From positions 6,696,001-6,760,000 of the forward strand of contig JBHGNT010000020.1 in assembly GCA_043228905.1 (NCBI GenBank): a DNA stretch of 64,000 nt, read 5' to 3'. The position numbers and the translations under genes were made by a program. This document shows positions 11,883 through 24,543 of the stretch, piece by piece. The DNA is from Azolla caroliniana (Eukaryota; Plantae; Polypodiophyta). A model generated the notes under the pieces. The model saw only the letters and a list, made by a program, of their open reading frames with translations. It was not told where the DNA came from and ran no database searches. Every line of letters begins with the position of its first letter. Position 1 is the stretch's first letter.

Positions 11883-11978
11883 CTCCCCCTCAAGCTCAAA
11901 TTGAGGCTCCACCTATTCTTCCGGATCTTCGCTCCAGCTCCTCTTGGCTTCACGCCTCGCTCGCGCTCCTCAACCTGT

Positions 11979-13260
11979 TCAAATCCATGCGCCTCGACCC
12001 TTCCGGTCGGCTTGTCTGCTCATCCGGCCCTTCTCAGCTCCCTTGTTATTGTGGTATTGGCACATCCTTCGCTGCCCTTTCCTCCGCATCGCCTTCAGTT
12101 GATTCGGCGTATCTAAATCGAACACTTCCAATTCAATTCCGCTCTCATCCGAATTGGTTGTCTCCAATTCGTCTCCTGTCTTTAGGCCTTTGACTACATA
12201 AGACCACGTCTTGGTCTTGGCCTTTACGCCCTTCTTGGTTGTATCTCCCCCTGATTCGGCTATCCTCGGCTCTTTTCTATGGTTATGACCCTTGCTCTTT
12301 TCTTCGGCTTCTTCAGCCTTCCCAAAATCGAATTCTTCATCCCATTCCGCGTCATGGTCACTTCCGCCGCGATGACCACCTCCCCTCCTTTCACGCTCTT
12401 GTTCCTATTCTTCCTTTCTCCCCCTCAAGTTCGGCGTGTCGAGGTGACACAACCCAAGCTCACCCGAGAAATGTCATAACTTGTTGAGACCAAGAGGCTT
12501 GGTGAAGATGTCGGCAACCTGCCGATTAGTCGGAACATGCACCAATTCAACTTCACCTGAAAGGACCCGCTCGCAGACAAAATGGTAATGCACCTCAATG
12601 TGCTTGGTCTGGGCGTGGAACACGGGGTTTTTCGCAAGGTGGATATTGCTGAGGTTGTCACAATAGATCGTCGTCGGATTAGACATCTCTACATGCAGAT
12701 CCCGTAATAGTCGTTTTAGCCAAATGACTTCGCACGTAGCGACAGTCGCCCCTCGATACTCGGCCTCCATGCTCAACAATACTACTGTTGACTGCTTCTT
12801 ACTGCTCCACGCGATCACCGCACTTCCTAGAGAGAATGCATATCCAGATGTGGATCTACGATCGTGGGCGTTTCCGGCCCAATCGGCATCCGTGTAGCCG
12901 ACTAACTGTTCGGCTACGCCTACCCAATATAGCAACGCCATGTCTTTCGTGCCACTAACATATTGCAATACCCTTTGCGTGCACTAAAAGTGTTCAGTCC
13001 TAGGCTGCGACATGAATTGACTGATCAGTCCGACCGGGTAATTGAGGTCTAACTGAGTAATAGTCAAATAGATGAGGCTTTCGACAATTTGTTGAAACCG
13101 TGTCGGATCGCACGCTTTTCCCGAATCTGGGCAAAGCTTCACATTCCTATCTAGAGGGGTCGAGATGGGCTTACAGTCTGTCATCCCGAACTTGAAGAGC
13201 ATATTCAGCGCGTAATGACGTTGGCTGATCAATATGCCTTCAGGGGTGCGGATCACTTCA
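11979..13260 (-). pseudogene. Copia RT C-terminal half, RNase H and in-frame C-terminal extension
   Basis: GYTDADWAG...RRSTSGY, YCDNLS, NPVFHAQTKHIEVHYHF, ADIFTKPL. The same frame continues to 11979 through two stops. Confidence 0.85.
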
Positions 13261-13511
13261 TAATTTTTTTGGATTAAGTATTGATCAATATAAAAATTAT
13301 TCGTAGGATTCACAATTTATGCATCTACTTCTTTCTTAACAACCTAAGTACCAATTAATTTAGTATACTCGTGTGATTCACGAGTTTCTTATCTTTCTCT
13401 TTTCTATCTACTCATAATTAATCTCTATCTCACGATCTCCTTTCTCCTAGTCCAAAACCCCAGCGGTTCCCACCCGAGTCACGTAACGATCCGGCGCCGA
13501 GAGGCACGACA
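13258..13511 (+). repeat. Truncated 5' LTR of the nested Gypsy
   Basis: Matches 20040-20293 with about 6 substitutions by eye; ends in GCACGACA. Confidence 0.88.
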
Positions 13512-13515
13512 CAAG

Positions 13516-13533
13516 TGGTGAACCCGACGTGAA
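13516..13533 (+). promoter_or_regulatory. Primer binding site complementary to tRNA-Trp
   Basis: TGGTGAACCCGACGTGAA is complementary to the plant tRNA-Trp 3' end ...TTCACGTCGGGTTCACCA (sequence recalled from memory). Confidence 0.75.
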
Positions 13534-13549
13534 AACGGGTGGCAAGGAG

Positions 13550-15523
13550 ATGGAGAATCAACAAGCTAACAATATGATGGCGATGTTCGAGCGGATGCTA
13601 CAAGAACAACACGCGATGTCGGAGATTTCGGCAGCAGTAGAGCGGCTCGTGCAACGCAACGGGCAATTCAACGGTAAGGATGTGTCGCGATATTTGCTGG
13701 ACTACAAGGCAGAGATGCTCCGGTGTCGGATTTTGGAAGGACTGCAAGTGACATCCTTCAACCGGGTGGCGACCGACGGGCTTCAAGGGAGTATCCACGG
13801 GTTACAACAGCAAAATCCGACGTGGGAAGCATTTGAAGAAGCGTTAAAGACCACATTCGCCATCGAGGGGCTGAAGGTCCTCGAAGTGTTTTCGTCATTC
13901 GAAAGTCGGTTCGGAGGGTTGTCCGCGAGAGATCAAACTATTCTTGCACCGGACAAAGTCATCATGTTTTTGCGAGTTGTGGACGTCCGGGACCGGAAAG
14001 ATCTCGGAGTGCTTCTAGAGGACACGACCACCGAAAGCGGCCTCACCGAAACGTGGGAAAGCGTGCGGGATTTCGTCGCGCGATACATGAAGAGGGGGCA
14101 GTGGCTTGCTAACGAAGAGAAGAGGGTTTCGAAACCGATTCCGAAACCGAGATCCGGATTGGAGGACCATCAACTGCGGGCTCGAGAGACTACGACCGAG
14201 AAGGGGATTGACACAACCACGGTGGAGCAGTTGCTGAAAGATATGGAGAATCTGAAAATCGCGATGGTGAAGAAGTCGTGAGACCGACCCACAAACTCCA
14301 AGTATATGGACCCTCGATGTATATGGTGTGATAGTACCGAACACGATGGGATTGCGACGAGCACAAGGAGGCGTTACGACGGGATCTTATCTACTACGAG
14401 GGAAATCGGATTCATTCGATGGACTCTCGGAAACCACTCCGACCGAACTTCCAGAAAGGCGGCATGAAGAAGGTTCTAGAGGAGGAAATAGCGGCAAAAG
14501 GTAATTATGCGACAACCGCGGGAATAAGTGTGGGTGAGTCGTCAGGAGCAAAGGCATCATTTTGGCCGGATATGCTAGAAAACCCCGAGAAAACCAACTC
14601 CAATGAGATCCGAAGCACTGCGGAAGGTATCCGTGAAGCTACAAGATGGGAGTGCCCCGTGGATAAGAATAGCATGTTTGCTTTATGTCAATTGCATGAA
14701 GTGTATGTAGATGAGAAGCGACGGCGCACGGATGAGGCGGTCGGTCCATCAAAGACACCGGAAAGCTGGAACTCCGGAGGTAATGGAAAAGAAAAGATGA
14801 TTCTGGCATTCAAGCTCGCCTCGGACATCGAACAACAAACGGACTTGAAAAAGGTGTTTGAGGAGAGAATCCTCGATAGCCGGGTAGATTTTTCGCTTCA
14901 GGAATTACTCAGAATAGCGAAGGAGTTCCACGATCTTCTTGTGGATCTCGTGAAGAGAAAAAGATAGTACGGAGGAAAATGCTCCAAGGGTTAATGCAAA
15001 TACCGTCTTAATGAATGACACCGAAATGGAGGACAAAATACCGAACTCCCACTACACAAGGCCACACTGGGCACGTGCAACTACGGAGACTCCGGTCCGA
15101 ATCAGCAACATCAAAGAGCCCGTGCTAGCATTGATTGATCACGGATCGGAGATCAATTTGATGTCCAAGGAGTTCTACCGGATGGGGAAGTGGCCTATAA
15201 ACACTAACCATGGATGGAAGATCCGGGCAGCCTCTAAAGCAACGGAAGACCTATTTGCGGCTTTTCTGGATGTGATGGTGAAGATCGGGGATGTCGAGAT
15301 CGACCAAAATTTCTTCGTACAAGACGAGGTCTCACACTCCGTGATCCTCGGGCAACCCTTTATCACGGCATCACGGATGGAGACGAAGGTGCTCGATAGC
15401 GGTGCGGCTTTTGCACGAATTCGGAGCCAAAATAGAGGGAAATCCGTCCAATTCCTAACGGTGCTGGCAAATCATGAAAGGAATAAAAGAGAGCTCTTGT
15501 CCCAAACAAGAATGGATTTTTAG
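13550..15523 (+). pseudogene. Gag and aspartic protease ORF of the nested Gypsy (broken)
   Basis: FNGKDVSRYL, CIWCDSTEH knuckle remnant, protease ALIDHGSEIN...ILGQPF. Several stops and frameshifts; ends DF*. Confidence 0.8.
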
Positions 15524-18500
15524 AGCAGACTGTTGCAGAATGGAGAAGTGATAGTCCGAGAAGCCCTGATACCCCACATAGGAAGAAACCTCTCGGTGCA
15601 AAACAAGTACGAATCGGCCCGGATGGGGCATCCACGTACACTGCCATAACCGGAGGAATGAAGAAAGAATACCGAAAAGTGGAGGATAAGTTACGGTCGG
15701 CATCAATAATAAAAGAAGATGAAGAAATCGTGGGCATAGTCGAAGAAGTGTTCTATGGGAGCACGCTACAACGGCTTGAAGAGCTTGTGGAGGGTAAAAA
15801 CCAAGAAGACCAGGTAGTCCCGGTGGAATTGGTTGAGATGTACGAGATCATTGCGAAAATGAGGCCGGATGCGTTCCGCAAAGAAGAAGTAATGGTAAGT
15901 ACAAAATACAAGACCGTGGAGAAGAAAGTGAAACCGGCCGCAGGACCGCTACCCGCTGATAGCGAACAAAAGAGGAAAGAAGTCTCAAGAGATCCAACAC
16001 TTCGAAAGTCCGTGGATATCGGACATGCCTTCTCGGATGAGACCCGGAAGAAACTTCGGATCGATGGAGGTGGTTTCCTCTCACAAAAAGAAGAAGAACG
16101 GTTTCGTGAGATGCTGGAACAACATGGAAAAGCATTTGCATTTACATCGAAGGAGATAGGGTGTGTTGATCCGAAGATAGTGGAGCCGATGGTGATCTTC
16201 ACAATTGACCATGTGCCATGGAGCCTAAAGCCGATTCCGGTGCCATGCCTTCTCGGATGAGACCCGGAAGAAACTTCGGATCAGTGGAGGTGGTTTCCTC
16301 TCACAAAAAGAAGAAGAACGGTTTCGTGAGATGCTGGAACAACATGGAAAAGCATTTGCATTTACATCGAAGGAGATAGGGTGTGTTGATCCGAAGATAG
16401 TGGAGCCGATGGTGATCTTCACAATTGACCATGTGTCGTGGAGCTTGAAGCCGATTCCGGTGCCGCGGGCGCATATTCCGAAAGTCATCGACTTGCTCAA
16501 GGAGAAGTTGGTGATGGGGATTCTTGAGCCATCAAACGCTCCATACTCAAATCGATGGTTTACGGTTCCGAAGAAGAATGGGTCACTCCGATTTATCCAA
16601 GACTTGCAACCGGTAAACAAGGTCACGATCCGGAATTCCGGAGTCGGTCCGATAGTGGACGAATTTGCGGAAGCATTTGTCGGTCGCGCGATATACTCCA
16701 TTGGAAACCTATACTCCGGATATGACCAATTCCAACTAGCCGTGGAGAGCCGAGACATCACTACCATGCAGACACCGATAGGATTAGTCTGGATGTGTAT
16801 GCTACCACAAGTTGCGACAAACTCAGTCGCACATATGATGAATGTGATGAACAATGTGCTAGGGGATTGCATACTGGAGATAACGATGTCGTTCCTAGAT
16901 GACATTCCGATGAAAGGGTGTGCGGTGGAAGAAAAAGATGAAGCTATGGATGAACGGGGATGCCGAAGGTTCGTAGTCAACCATATCTGTGATTGTGAGA
17001 AAGTGTTACGGAAGTTAGAAGATGTGCATCTAACACTTTCCGGAGAGAAATCGGCATTCGGACAAGAAGAAATATTGGTAGTCGGACATCTATGTGGGCC
17101 CTACGGCCGAAGACCGTCACCAACCAAGATTGATGCGATTCAAGCTATGAAAGAAGTATGTGAGTCACAATCCGAAGTCCGAAGGTTTCTTGGAGCATGT
17201 GCATTCTATCACATATGGATTCCGCACTACGTACATATTGCGGACCCGCTCTATCACTTGTTGCGGAAGGGGAAGAAGTTCCAATGGAAACCGGAACACA
17301 CCGAAGCCATGAGGAAGCTCAAGAAAACATTGCGGAGGGCTGAAGCTCTAAAGAAGCCGAACTATGACCGACCGGTTATAGTAACGGTTGATACAAGTCC
17401 AACCAGAATCGGATGGGTCATCAATCAACTCGACTCGGATGGTTCGCGATATCCGATCCGATTCGGAGCAAAGGTTCTCAACGAAAGGCAACGCGGGTAT
17501 GCGCATGTCAAAAGAGAATTATGGGGAGTCATGTCGGCAATCAAATCAGATCGAGATTATTTGATCGGAGCCGAAGTAGTGATCGAAACGGATTGTCTTC
17601 CGATACTCGGGATGATGCGGTGCTGTACTATACCGGATGTGGCTATGCGAAGGTGGATTGCATATGTTAAGTCACTTAATCCGGAGGTAAGACACATCTC
17701 CAGAAAAGACAACGTTGTAGCGGATATGCTATCAAGGGCACAGTTCGGAGATGACATAACCGAATCCGATAATGAAGAAGTTTCCGAAGACTACTTTGCT
17801 TCGGAGCACATATGCCGGGTGGACGTAATCCAAGAATTCCGGGAAGAAGAATACGAGGGAGAAAGCTTGTTGATCGGGAAAATGCTACGAGAAATCTAGG
17901 ATTCATTGGACAATAAAGAGAGAGCCGAGATCTGAAGTAAGAAACGGCAAGTCCGAAAGTTCTTCTTGAAAAATGGATTTTTATGGAGGGAGCCGAAAAG
18001 ACCGGGTGGCATACCACTTCGAGTAGTCGGGACAAAAGAGCAACGAAACCAGGTAATGTCTGAATTTCACGAATCTGATTGGGCTGGACATCGGGGAACA
18101 TGGGCAACATTTGGGAAGATCCAGCAAAGATATTGGTGGAAGAATATGTACAAAGATGTCGCGGAGTTCACGGAAAGTTGCGAGAAGTGTCAATTCTACT
18201 CCGGAGTTCGACACCGAGATGAGTTACATCCGACATTCTCACCGACAATCAACTTCAAATGGATGCTCGACATTGTAGCCATGCCAACCGGGATCGGACA
18301 AAAGAAGTACTTGGTGTTAGCTCGGGAAGATCTCACAAATCAAGTAGAAGGTCGGGCGCTGCGAAGAAAAACGTGTTCTGCGGTATGTCAATTTCTTTTG
18401 GAGGAAGTGTTTTGCAGGTACGGGTGCGTAGGACAAGTGATTGCGGATCGAGGAGAACTTGACTCTAATAAAGCTAGGGGATTCTTCGCCAAACATGGAG

Positions 18501-19309
18501 TTCGGTTAACACTAACAACGGCATACAATCCGAAAGCCAACGGAAAGGTCGAGCGAGGACATAGTCCGATCGTCAAAGCACTTGCCAAAGCATGCGACAT
18601 AAGGGTGATGGATTGGCCGCAGACGCTCCCGTATGCACTATGGACGGATCGGACGATGAATAGCTCCGTAACCGGTTATATGCCGGCAGAACTTATGACC
18701 GGACAAGCACCGGTAATGCCAACGGAAACCGCAATCCCGACATGGACAATGCTACCGTGGAAGGAAGAGATGAGCCGGGAAGAACTACTAGCGGTCCGGA
18801 TACGACAACTGAAGGGAAGACCGGAAGATGTACTCCGGAACAAAAGCCGGTTCAACACCAAGCACCGACTACAACCACGGAAGATTGAAGAAGGAGATTG
18901 GGTGATTGTCTATGATAGTAGTTTGGATCATCAACATACAACGGTATGGAAGTTTGCAAAAAGGTGGTTTGGCCCGTATGAGGTTCGGAAAGTTTTCGAC
19001 AACGGAACTTACCGACTAAGTGAGTTGGATGGAACGATACTACGAGTGCCTATAGCAGGGAAACGGGTGAAGATCTTCAAGAAGCAGACTAACAACGAAT
19101 CTTATGTAGCCATAGACAAGACCGACAATGAGGAGCAACCGGACAAAGATCGTGGTGATGCGGATAGCGAAGAAAGTGGACTTCAACTCGTAGTCGACAT
19201 AAGGGAAGATTCGGAGAGCGATACGGATGGAGGAGAATATGGAACTTCGGGAACTTCGGCACATACCGGAGGATGTGCGGGTTTAGAGGGGGTGAGTGTC
19301 GTAGTGTAA
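15520..19309 (+). pseudogene. Pol (RT, RNase H, integrase) of the nested Gypsy
   Basis: WFTVPKKNG, FLDD, VDTSP, ADMLSR, H-x6-H...CEKC, ADRGE, ANGKVERGH, WFGPY. Interrupted by a 220-bp duplication and stops at about 17899-17940. Confidence 0.9.
16024..16463. repeat. 220-bp direct tandem duplication in Gypsy pol (causes a frameshift)
   Basis: catgccttctcggatgagacc starts at both 16024 and 16244. Confidence 0.92.
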
Positions 19310-20293
19310 TTTACACACTACGTGGAAATTGCATTTTGTCCATCCGGATAGAGAATGAAATACCCAGTGAGAACCGGACGAACAGGAACCGGCAAGGAGG
19401 AATGGCAAACCGGCAAGGAGGAATCGGTAAACCGGCAAGGAAGAGCCGGATGAAGAAGGTCGGTGAGAGTCTCTTACGGGATGAAGAGACACAATTGTAA
19501 ATAAAAGAAACATTAAAATTTCTGTTACGTGCATAGAGCAGGATTCAAACCCTACACCTCCACGCAAACAAACTCCAGCCTTACCATTATACTAACTTAC
19601 TCTAAGTGTTTCAAATATAGATTTAATACGTATAGAACCTTTATTTTCGTCTACCTTTATTAAAAGGTAAGTCATGCATTTTTAGAATGCGCGAAAACTT
19701 TATTTATATGCACACTAATAAAATTACGCAGGCACATCTAGCGAGCATGAATGCTAAATTTAGGAAATCATAGTGGGAAAAGTAAAGCATGCAAATTTAG
19801 AGAGCATGAACACTTGAGAAATGCAAGAAGCTATGGTTAGCCTCTTCCGTCCTTATATAAGGAGGAGAGAAAGATGTATAAGGGTTGGTTATTTTTTTGG
19901 ATTAAGTATTCATCAATATAAAAATTATTTGTGGGATTCACGATTTATGCATCTACTTCTTTCTTAACAACCTAAGTACCAATTAATTTAGTATACTCGT
20001 GTGATTCACGAGTTTCTTATCTTTCTCTTTGCTATCTACTCATAATTTTTTTGGATTAAGTATTGATCAATATAAAAATTATTCGTGGGATTCACGATTT
20101 ATGCATCTACTTCTTTCTTAACAACCTAAGTACCAATTAATTTAGTATACTCGTGTGATTCACGAGTTTCTTATCTTTCTCTTTGCTATCTACTCATAAT
20201 TAATCTCTATCTCACGATCTCCTTTCTCCTAGTCCAAAACCCCAGCAGTTCCCACCCAACTCACGTAACGATCCGGCGCCGAGAGGCACGACA
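19297..20293 (+). repeat. 3' LTR of the nested Gypsy (997 bp) with an internal 154-bp tandem duplication
   Basis: TGTCGTAG...CACGACA; TATATAA at about 19854; ggattaagtatt at 19899 and 20053. Confidence 0.9.
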
Positions 20294-23200
20294 ATGGTAG
20301 TCATCTTCACAACCGGTGCGAAGGTCTCATCGTAATCCACGTCGTGATTCTACGCGTAGCCTTTCGCAACTAATCAGGCCTTATATCGGTTGACAGAGCC
20401 GTCTGTGTTGTATTTGACCTTGTACACCCACCTACATTCAATCAGCTTCACACCCTTTCGTGCGTCAACCAAGTCCCATGTTTCATTCTACGTTAAAGCG
20501 TGCATCTCTTCCTCCATTGCGACACGCCAATTTGCGTCTTTCGCCGCTTCTGCGTAGCTCCCCGGCTCACGCACTTCCGCCACTCACGTCATGTACGCAT
20601 AATGGTGCGCCATGTATTCATTGTACCTGTATCTCTTCACGGGGTTCTTCAGGCGGGTAGATCGGCATAATTCGTAATTACCCGATTTCACGACCTTTTC
20701 GGCCGATTTTGACCTCTTCTGCAAAGGTTCCTTTATGATCGGCTCGATGTCAAATTCGCTCCGAACTGACTCGGCGATGCCGAAATCGTAGTCCGGCATT
20801 TTCTTCTTGCCCTTCTCCTTGTGCGTAAACCGTCTCCTCGGTTCTTTACGCAGGGACATCACGATCGAGTCTCCACTACTCACCGTCTCTTCAATAGGTT
20901 GGTCATTTCGGCCGAACCCCTCATTCGGCCCACTTAGCCGAAATGAGATCGTACACTCTCTCAAAGTTCTGATTTCCTCATCATGCAGAGGCATCTCAGC
21001 CTCGCTGACTTCTTCCTCAGAATTTGGAATGGAGTCGTGAGGTATTGGAAGTGAAGGCAAGTACCACGAAGCGGATTTGTCGAACACAACATCTCGACTT
21101 ATGTGTACTTCCTTTGTTCGGGGGTTATAGCATTTATACCCCTTCTATTCGTTTGAGTAGCCAACTAAGATGCAGTTTTCGGCTTTGGCGTCCAGCTTCT
21201 TCCTCTTCTCCTTTGGCACATGCACATATGCAATGCTACCGAAAATCCTCAAGTGTGCCAAGTTCGACTTCTTCTCGAAATACAGCTCATGTGGCGACAC
21301 TCCTCCATTAGCAGAAGTCTGATTCTGCAAGTAGAGAGTCGTCTTCACGGCTTCGGCCCAATAAAATTTCGGCATATGCTTCTCTTCAAGCATTGCCCTA
21401 TCTACTTCTTCGATTGTCTGATTCTTCCGCTCGGCCACGCCGTTCTACTGCGGCGTGTATCTACACGAGAATTCGCGTCGAATTCCCTCGTTCTGTAGAT
21501 AACTTGTGAACTGGTCGGAGAAGTACTCCTTCCAGCCATCGGACCATAGGCATTTGATCTTATTCCCTGTTTCCCTTTCCGCAAGGCTCTTCACCTTCAG
21601 GAAACACGCGAAGACTTCGCTCTTCTTCGCAATCGTTCATACCCACGTGTGCCGAGTGAAGTCGTTGATGAAGGTTACAAAGTAATGGCTTCCATCGAGA
21701 CTCACGTTCTGTGCCGATCCCCACACATCCGAATGGATCAAATGCAGCGGATTTCGACTACGATTATGCTCGTTGGGGAATGGAACTCGGTGTTGTTTTC
21801 CCATTTGACAGGCTTCGCAGACTTGGCCATTCCGGCCACGAAAATTCGGCAACCCGAAAACAATGTTCTTCGTCTGCATTTCACGAAACCGTGGGAAATT
21901 TACGTGGCCGAACCGCTTGTGCCACACTGCGGTGTCCACATTGTTGGTTTCGAGGATAAACATCCTCCCTTCACGTCGCCCTTGTGCGATCACTTTACCT
22001 TCTTCTTCAATGAAGCAGCCGAGATGTGTGAATCGAACCTACATCCCTTGGTCGACAATCTGACCAACCAACACCAAGTTCTTCATTATTGTCGGGACAT
22101 GCAATACGTTCATGAGTTTCCCTTTCTGCCCAACGTGGCTAAGGGGAACTTCACCGACGTGTTCGATGGTATGCGGATTGTCGTCTCCAGTTTCGACAAC
22201 TCCTTGCTTTTCCGGCTTCTCCAAGTACGAGAACCATTCCCCGTGACTCGTCATATGATTTGACGCCCCGGAATCAACATACCACATCTCACTTGATTTC
22301 GAGGTGTTCACATCCATTGAATTAGCCTTGTGCTTCATTACGAAGGCCGGGCCCGATCTATTTCCGGCTCGTTCGGAGCCCTCAGCGTAGTGCGACTTTT
22401 GACACCTTCCTACGTCTCTCCTGCTTGGTCTAGCTTTGTCCGAATTGGCTTGTTTCTTCCAACACTTGCTCTCCTTGTGACCTTTCTTGCCACAGTACCA
22501 ACATTCCATTGCGGCCTTATCTTGCCGGCTTCCGGCGGCGCCATGACTCCCCCTACTTCCGAAGGGTTCGGAGTTGCTTCCGGCATTTCGATTATGCCGT
22601 ACGTTCTGCTCTTTTCGGCCGCCTCCGTTACGCACCGATCCACCTTGTCCACCACGACCATGGGGCCTATCTTCCTCCGTGTACAGCATCTTGTCGTCGG
22701 CGTGCGTACTCGTCGACGCACCCGCATGATTTTCCTCCACGAGCAACATTGACTGAAGCTTGAAGAATGAAGGCGTATTCTCCCTCGTACAGACCGCTAT
22801 TCTGAACGCTTCGAACTTTGACACTAACCCACCAAAACAAACCTGCACCATTTCATCTTCCTCGACGTTCACGTTGACGGAGGCAAGAGAGTCGCGGATT
22901 TCCTTGATTTAGGCCGTGTAATCGGCCACAGACAGATCTTTCTGCCAGACATTGTTGAGCTCTTGTCTGAGCTGCAGCTTCCTAGCCATTGTGCTAGCAG
23001 CGAAAATCTTCTTGAGATTCTCCCACGCGTCCCGAATATAGCTTAATAGCTAGTCGCTCACACAGGACGCAAAGCAGTAGAGAACTTGGTGTATTGGCAT
23101 CCCGAATATAGCTCAATAGTCGGTCGCTCACACAGGATGCAAAGTAGTAGAGAACTCTGCTTGCCACTTGTTCCCAAGCCGAAAAATCCTTATGTGTCGA

Positions 23201-23344
23201 TTCGGGTGCTGTATCATTACCTCCTTCGACATAACTCCAGTAGCCATGACCAAGCAAGTACTGCTGCATCTTGTACGACCAAGATGCGTAGTTGCTCCTG
23301 TCAAGCTTCTCAGTCGGTAGCGAGCTTCCCATTCCTCTGTCCAT
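20294..23344 (-). pseudogene. Copia Gag, protease, GAG-pre-integrase, integrase and RT N-terminus
   Basis: EKLDRSNYASW, CWYCGKKGHKESKC, WYVDSGASNHM, WHKRFGH...CEAC, HSDVWG, HLRIFGSIAYVHVP, FAPVVKMTT. Multiple stops; about 70-bp duplication at 23027-23157. Confidence 0.9.
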
Positions 23345-23429
23345 GTTGTTGTCTTATCTTTTCTGAAACAACTCAACTATATCTCTGTCGCAAGCTTTTC
23401 TATCGGCTGTAGAGGACTTCAACCCTCGC

Positions 23430-23441
23430 GCTCTAATACCA
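23430..23441 (-). promoter_or_regulatory. PBS (tRNA-iMet)
   Basis: TGGTATTAGAGC on minus, one mismatch to TGGTATCAGAGC, abutting the LTR. Confidence 0.85.
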
Positions 23442-23858
23442 TGAAAAAGAATATGTGTGCAGAAGTGTATGCAAAACACAAAGTACACAGTTCGGAAAAA
23501 CGACAGTTCAGTAAAACAGAAAACGCAGAGATGATGATGGAGAGGGAGAGATAGATAGAGAGCAGAAAACTTAGTTCTATTTCAAAATAATGACACTCTG
23601 TACATACATCGTGCTCAATGAGCACCTTTTATACGAGCCCTGACAATTGGGTTGAAACAAGTACTGACAATACTTGACCGCTCATAAATGAGCCACAACA
23701 CTCACTCCCAAAATTATTCCTTACGAGGAATATCTCTCTAATGGCCTTTCGGTTTATGCACCAATACAGCCAAGTTGTGCGTACTAACTTATGTGTCCAG
23801 TCTACGCATTGGGTTACACGCCGTATTACACACCCGATGTTGAGCTTGTTACTCAACA
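23442..23858 (-). repeat. 5' LTR of the Copia
   Basis: 417-bp direct repeat of 11466-11882. Confidence 0.92.
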
Positions 23859-23861
23859 CGT

Positions 23862-24543
23862 TGTCGCGAAGTTTCGCGTTCACGTGTAGGAAGAGGCGGG
23901 ACCACGGGGATCTTAGACCAAGGAGAGAGTGTGTGTGTGAGAGAGAGAGAGTTGTAGATACACAGAAAGAGATTAAGAGCAAGAAAACAGGAATCTGATT
24001 ACTATAATCAATAGCTTACAACTCGAACAGTTACAACCGGCAACCTGGTAATGGACCTGACACGGGGTCCTACTCACGCACACAGACAACAGCCACACGA
24101 CTCGAAGAAACAAAAAGGGAAGGGGGGAGAGAGAGAGAGAGAGAGAGAGCATCTGCTAGAAGCACACGGGCTGTCCACGAAGTAGAGGCAGCGAACTCCC
24201 GACACCCACAGAGAACGACGATCGGAGGAGAGAGAGCTCAGCACTCGGTTCTACAACAGCACTTCGTCCTCGCCAACGCGCGATACCCTTTCTTCCTTCT
24301 CTCCCTCCTTAAATAGTTCGCAAAGGGGGGTACCCTTCTTCCCTAGCCCAATCACTTTATTCCCTGTCCCTTTCGACGGAGATACGCACAAATCCCCTAA
24401 TAAATGTGTACTACCTAGTATTTACATCAACCGACCTAATTACGAATTATGTACAAAATATCAATTCTCGCATCCACCCATGTAAGAGCCGGTTCGTGCA
24501 CCTTCTTCTCCAATTCCGCCTATGGCCGGTTTTCTTCATGACA
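23862..24543. mobile_element. Solo LTR (682 bp) of an unidentified family
   Basis: TGTCGCGAAG...CTTCATGACA termini; 4-bp TSD ACGT/ACAT. Removing it restores the Copia TSD CGTTT. Confidence 0.75.

Larger units (their letters stand above)
13258..20293 (+). mobile_element. Ty3/Gypsy LTR retrotransposon, tRNA-Trp primed, no chromodomain (resembles bryophyte Phygy-type elements; lineage call tentative)
   Basis: Truncated 5' LTR 13258-13511, PBS 13516-13533, gag-PR then RT-RH-INT, PPT at about 19285-19292, 3' LTR 19297-20293. Confidence 0.9.
11466..23858 (-). mobile_element. Ty1/Copia LTR retrotransposon (degenerate), interrupted by a Gypsy element
   Basis: Two 417-bp LTRs, PBS for tRNA-iMet, PPT, gag-PR-INT-RT-RH order on the minus strand, reconstructed TSD CGTTT. 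Confidence 0.92.

Noticed and set aside
13516-13533. tRNA gene
   Set aside because: Only an 18-nt complement to a tRNA 3' end next to an LTR, so a PBS; no cloverleaf.
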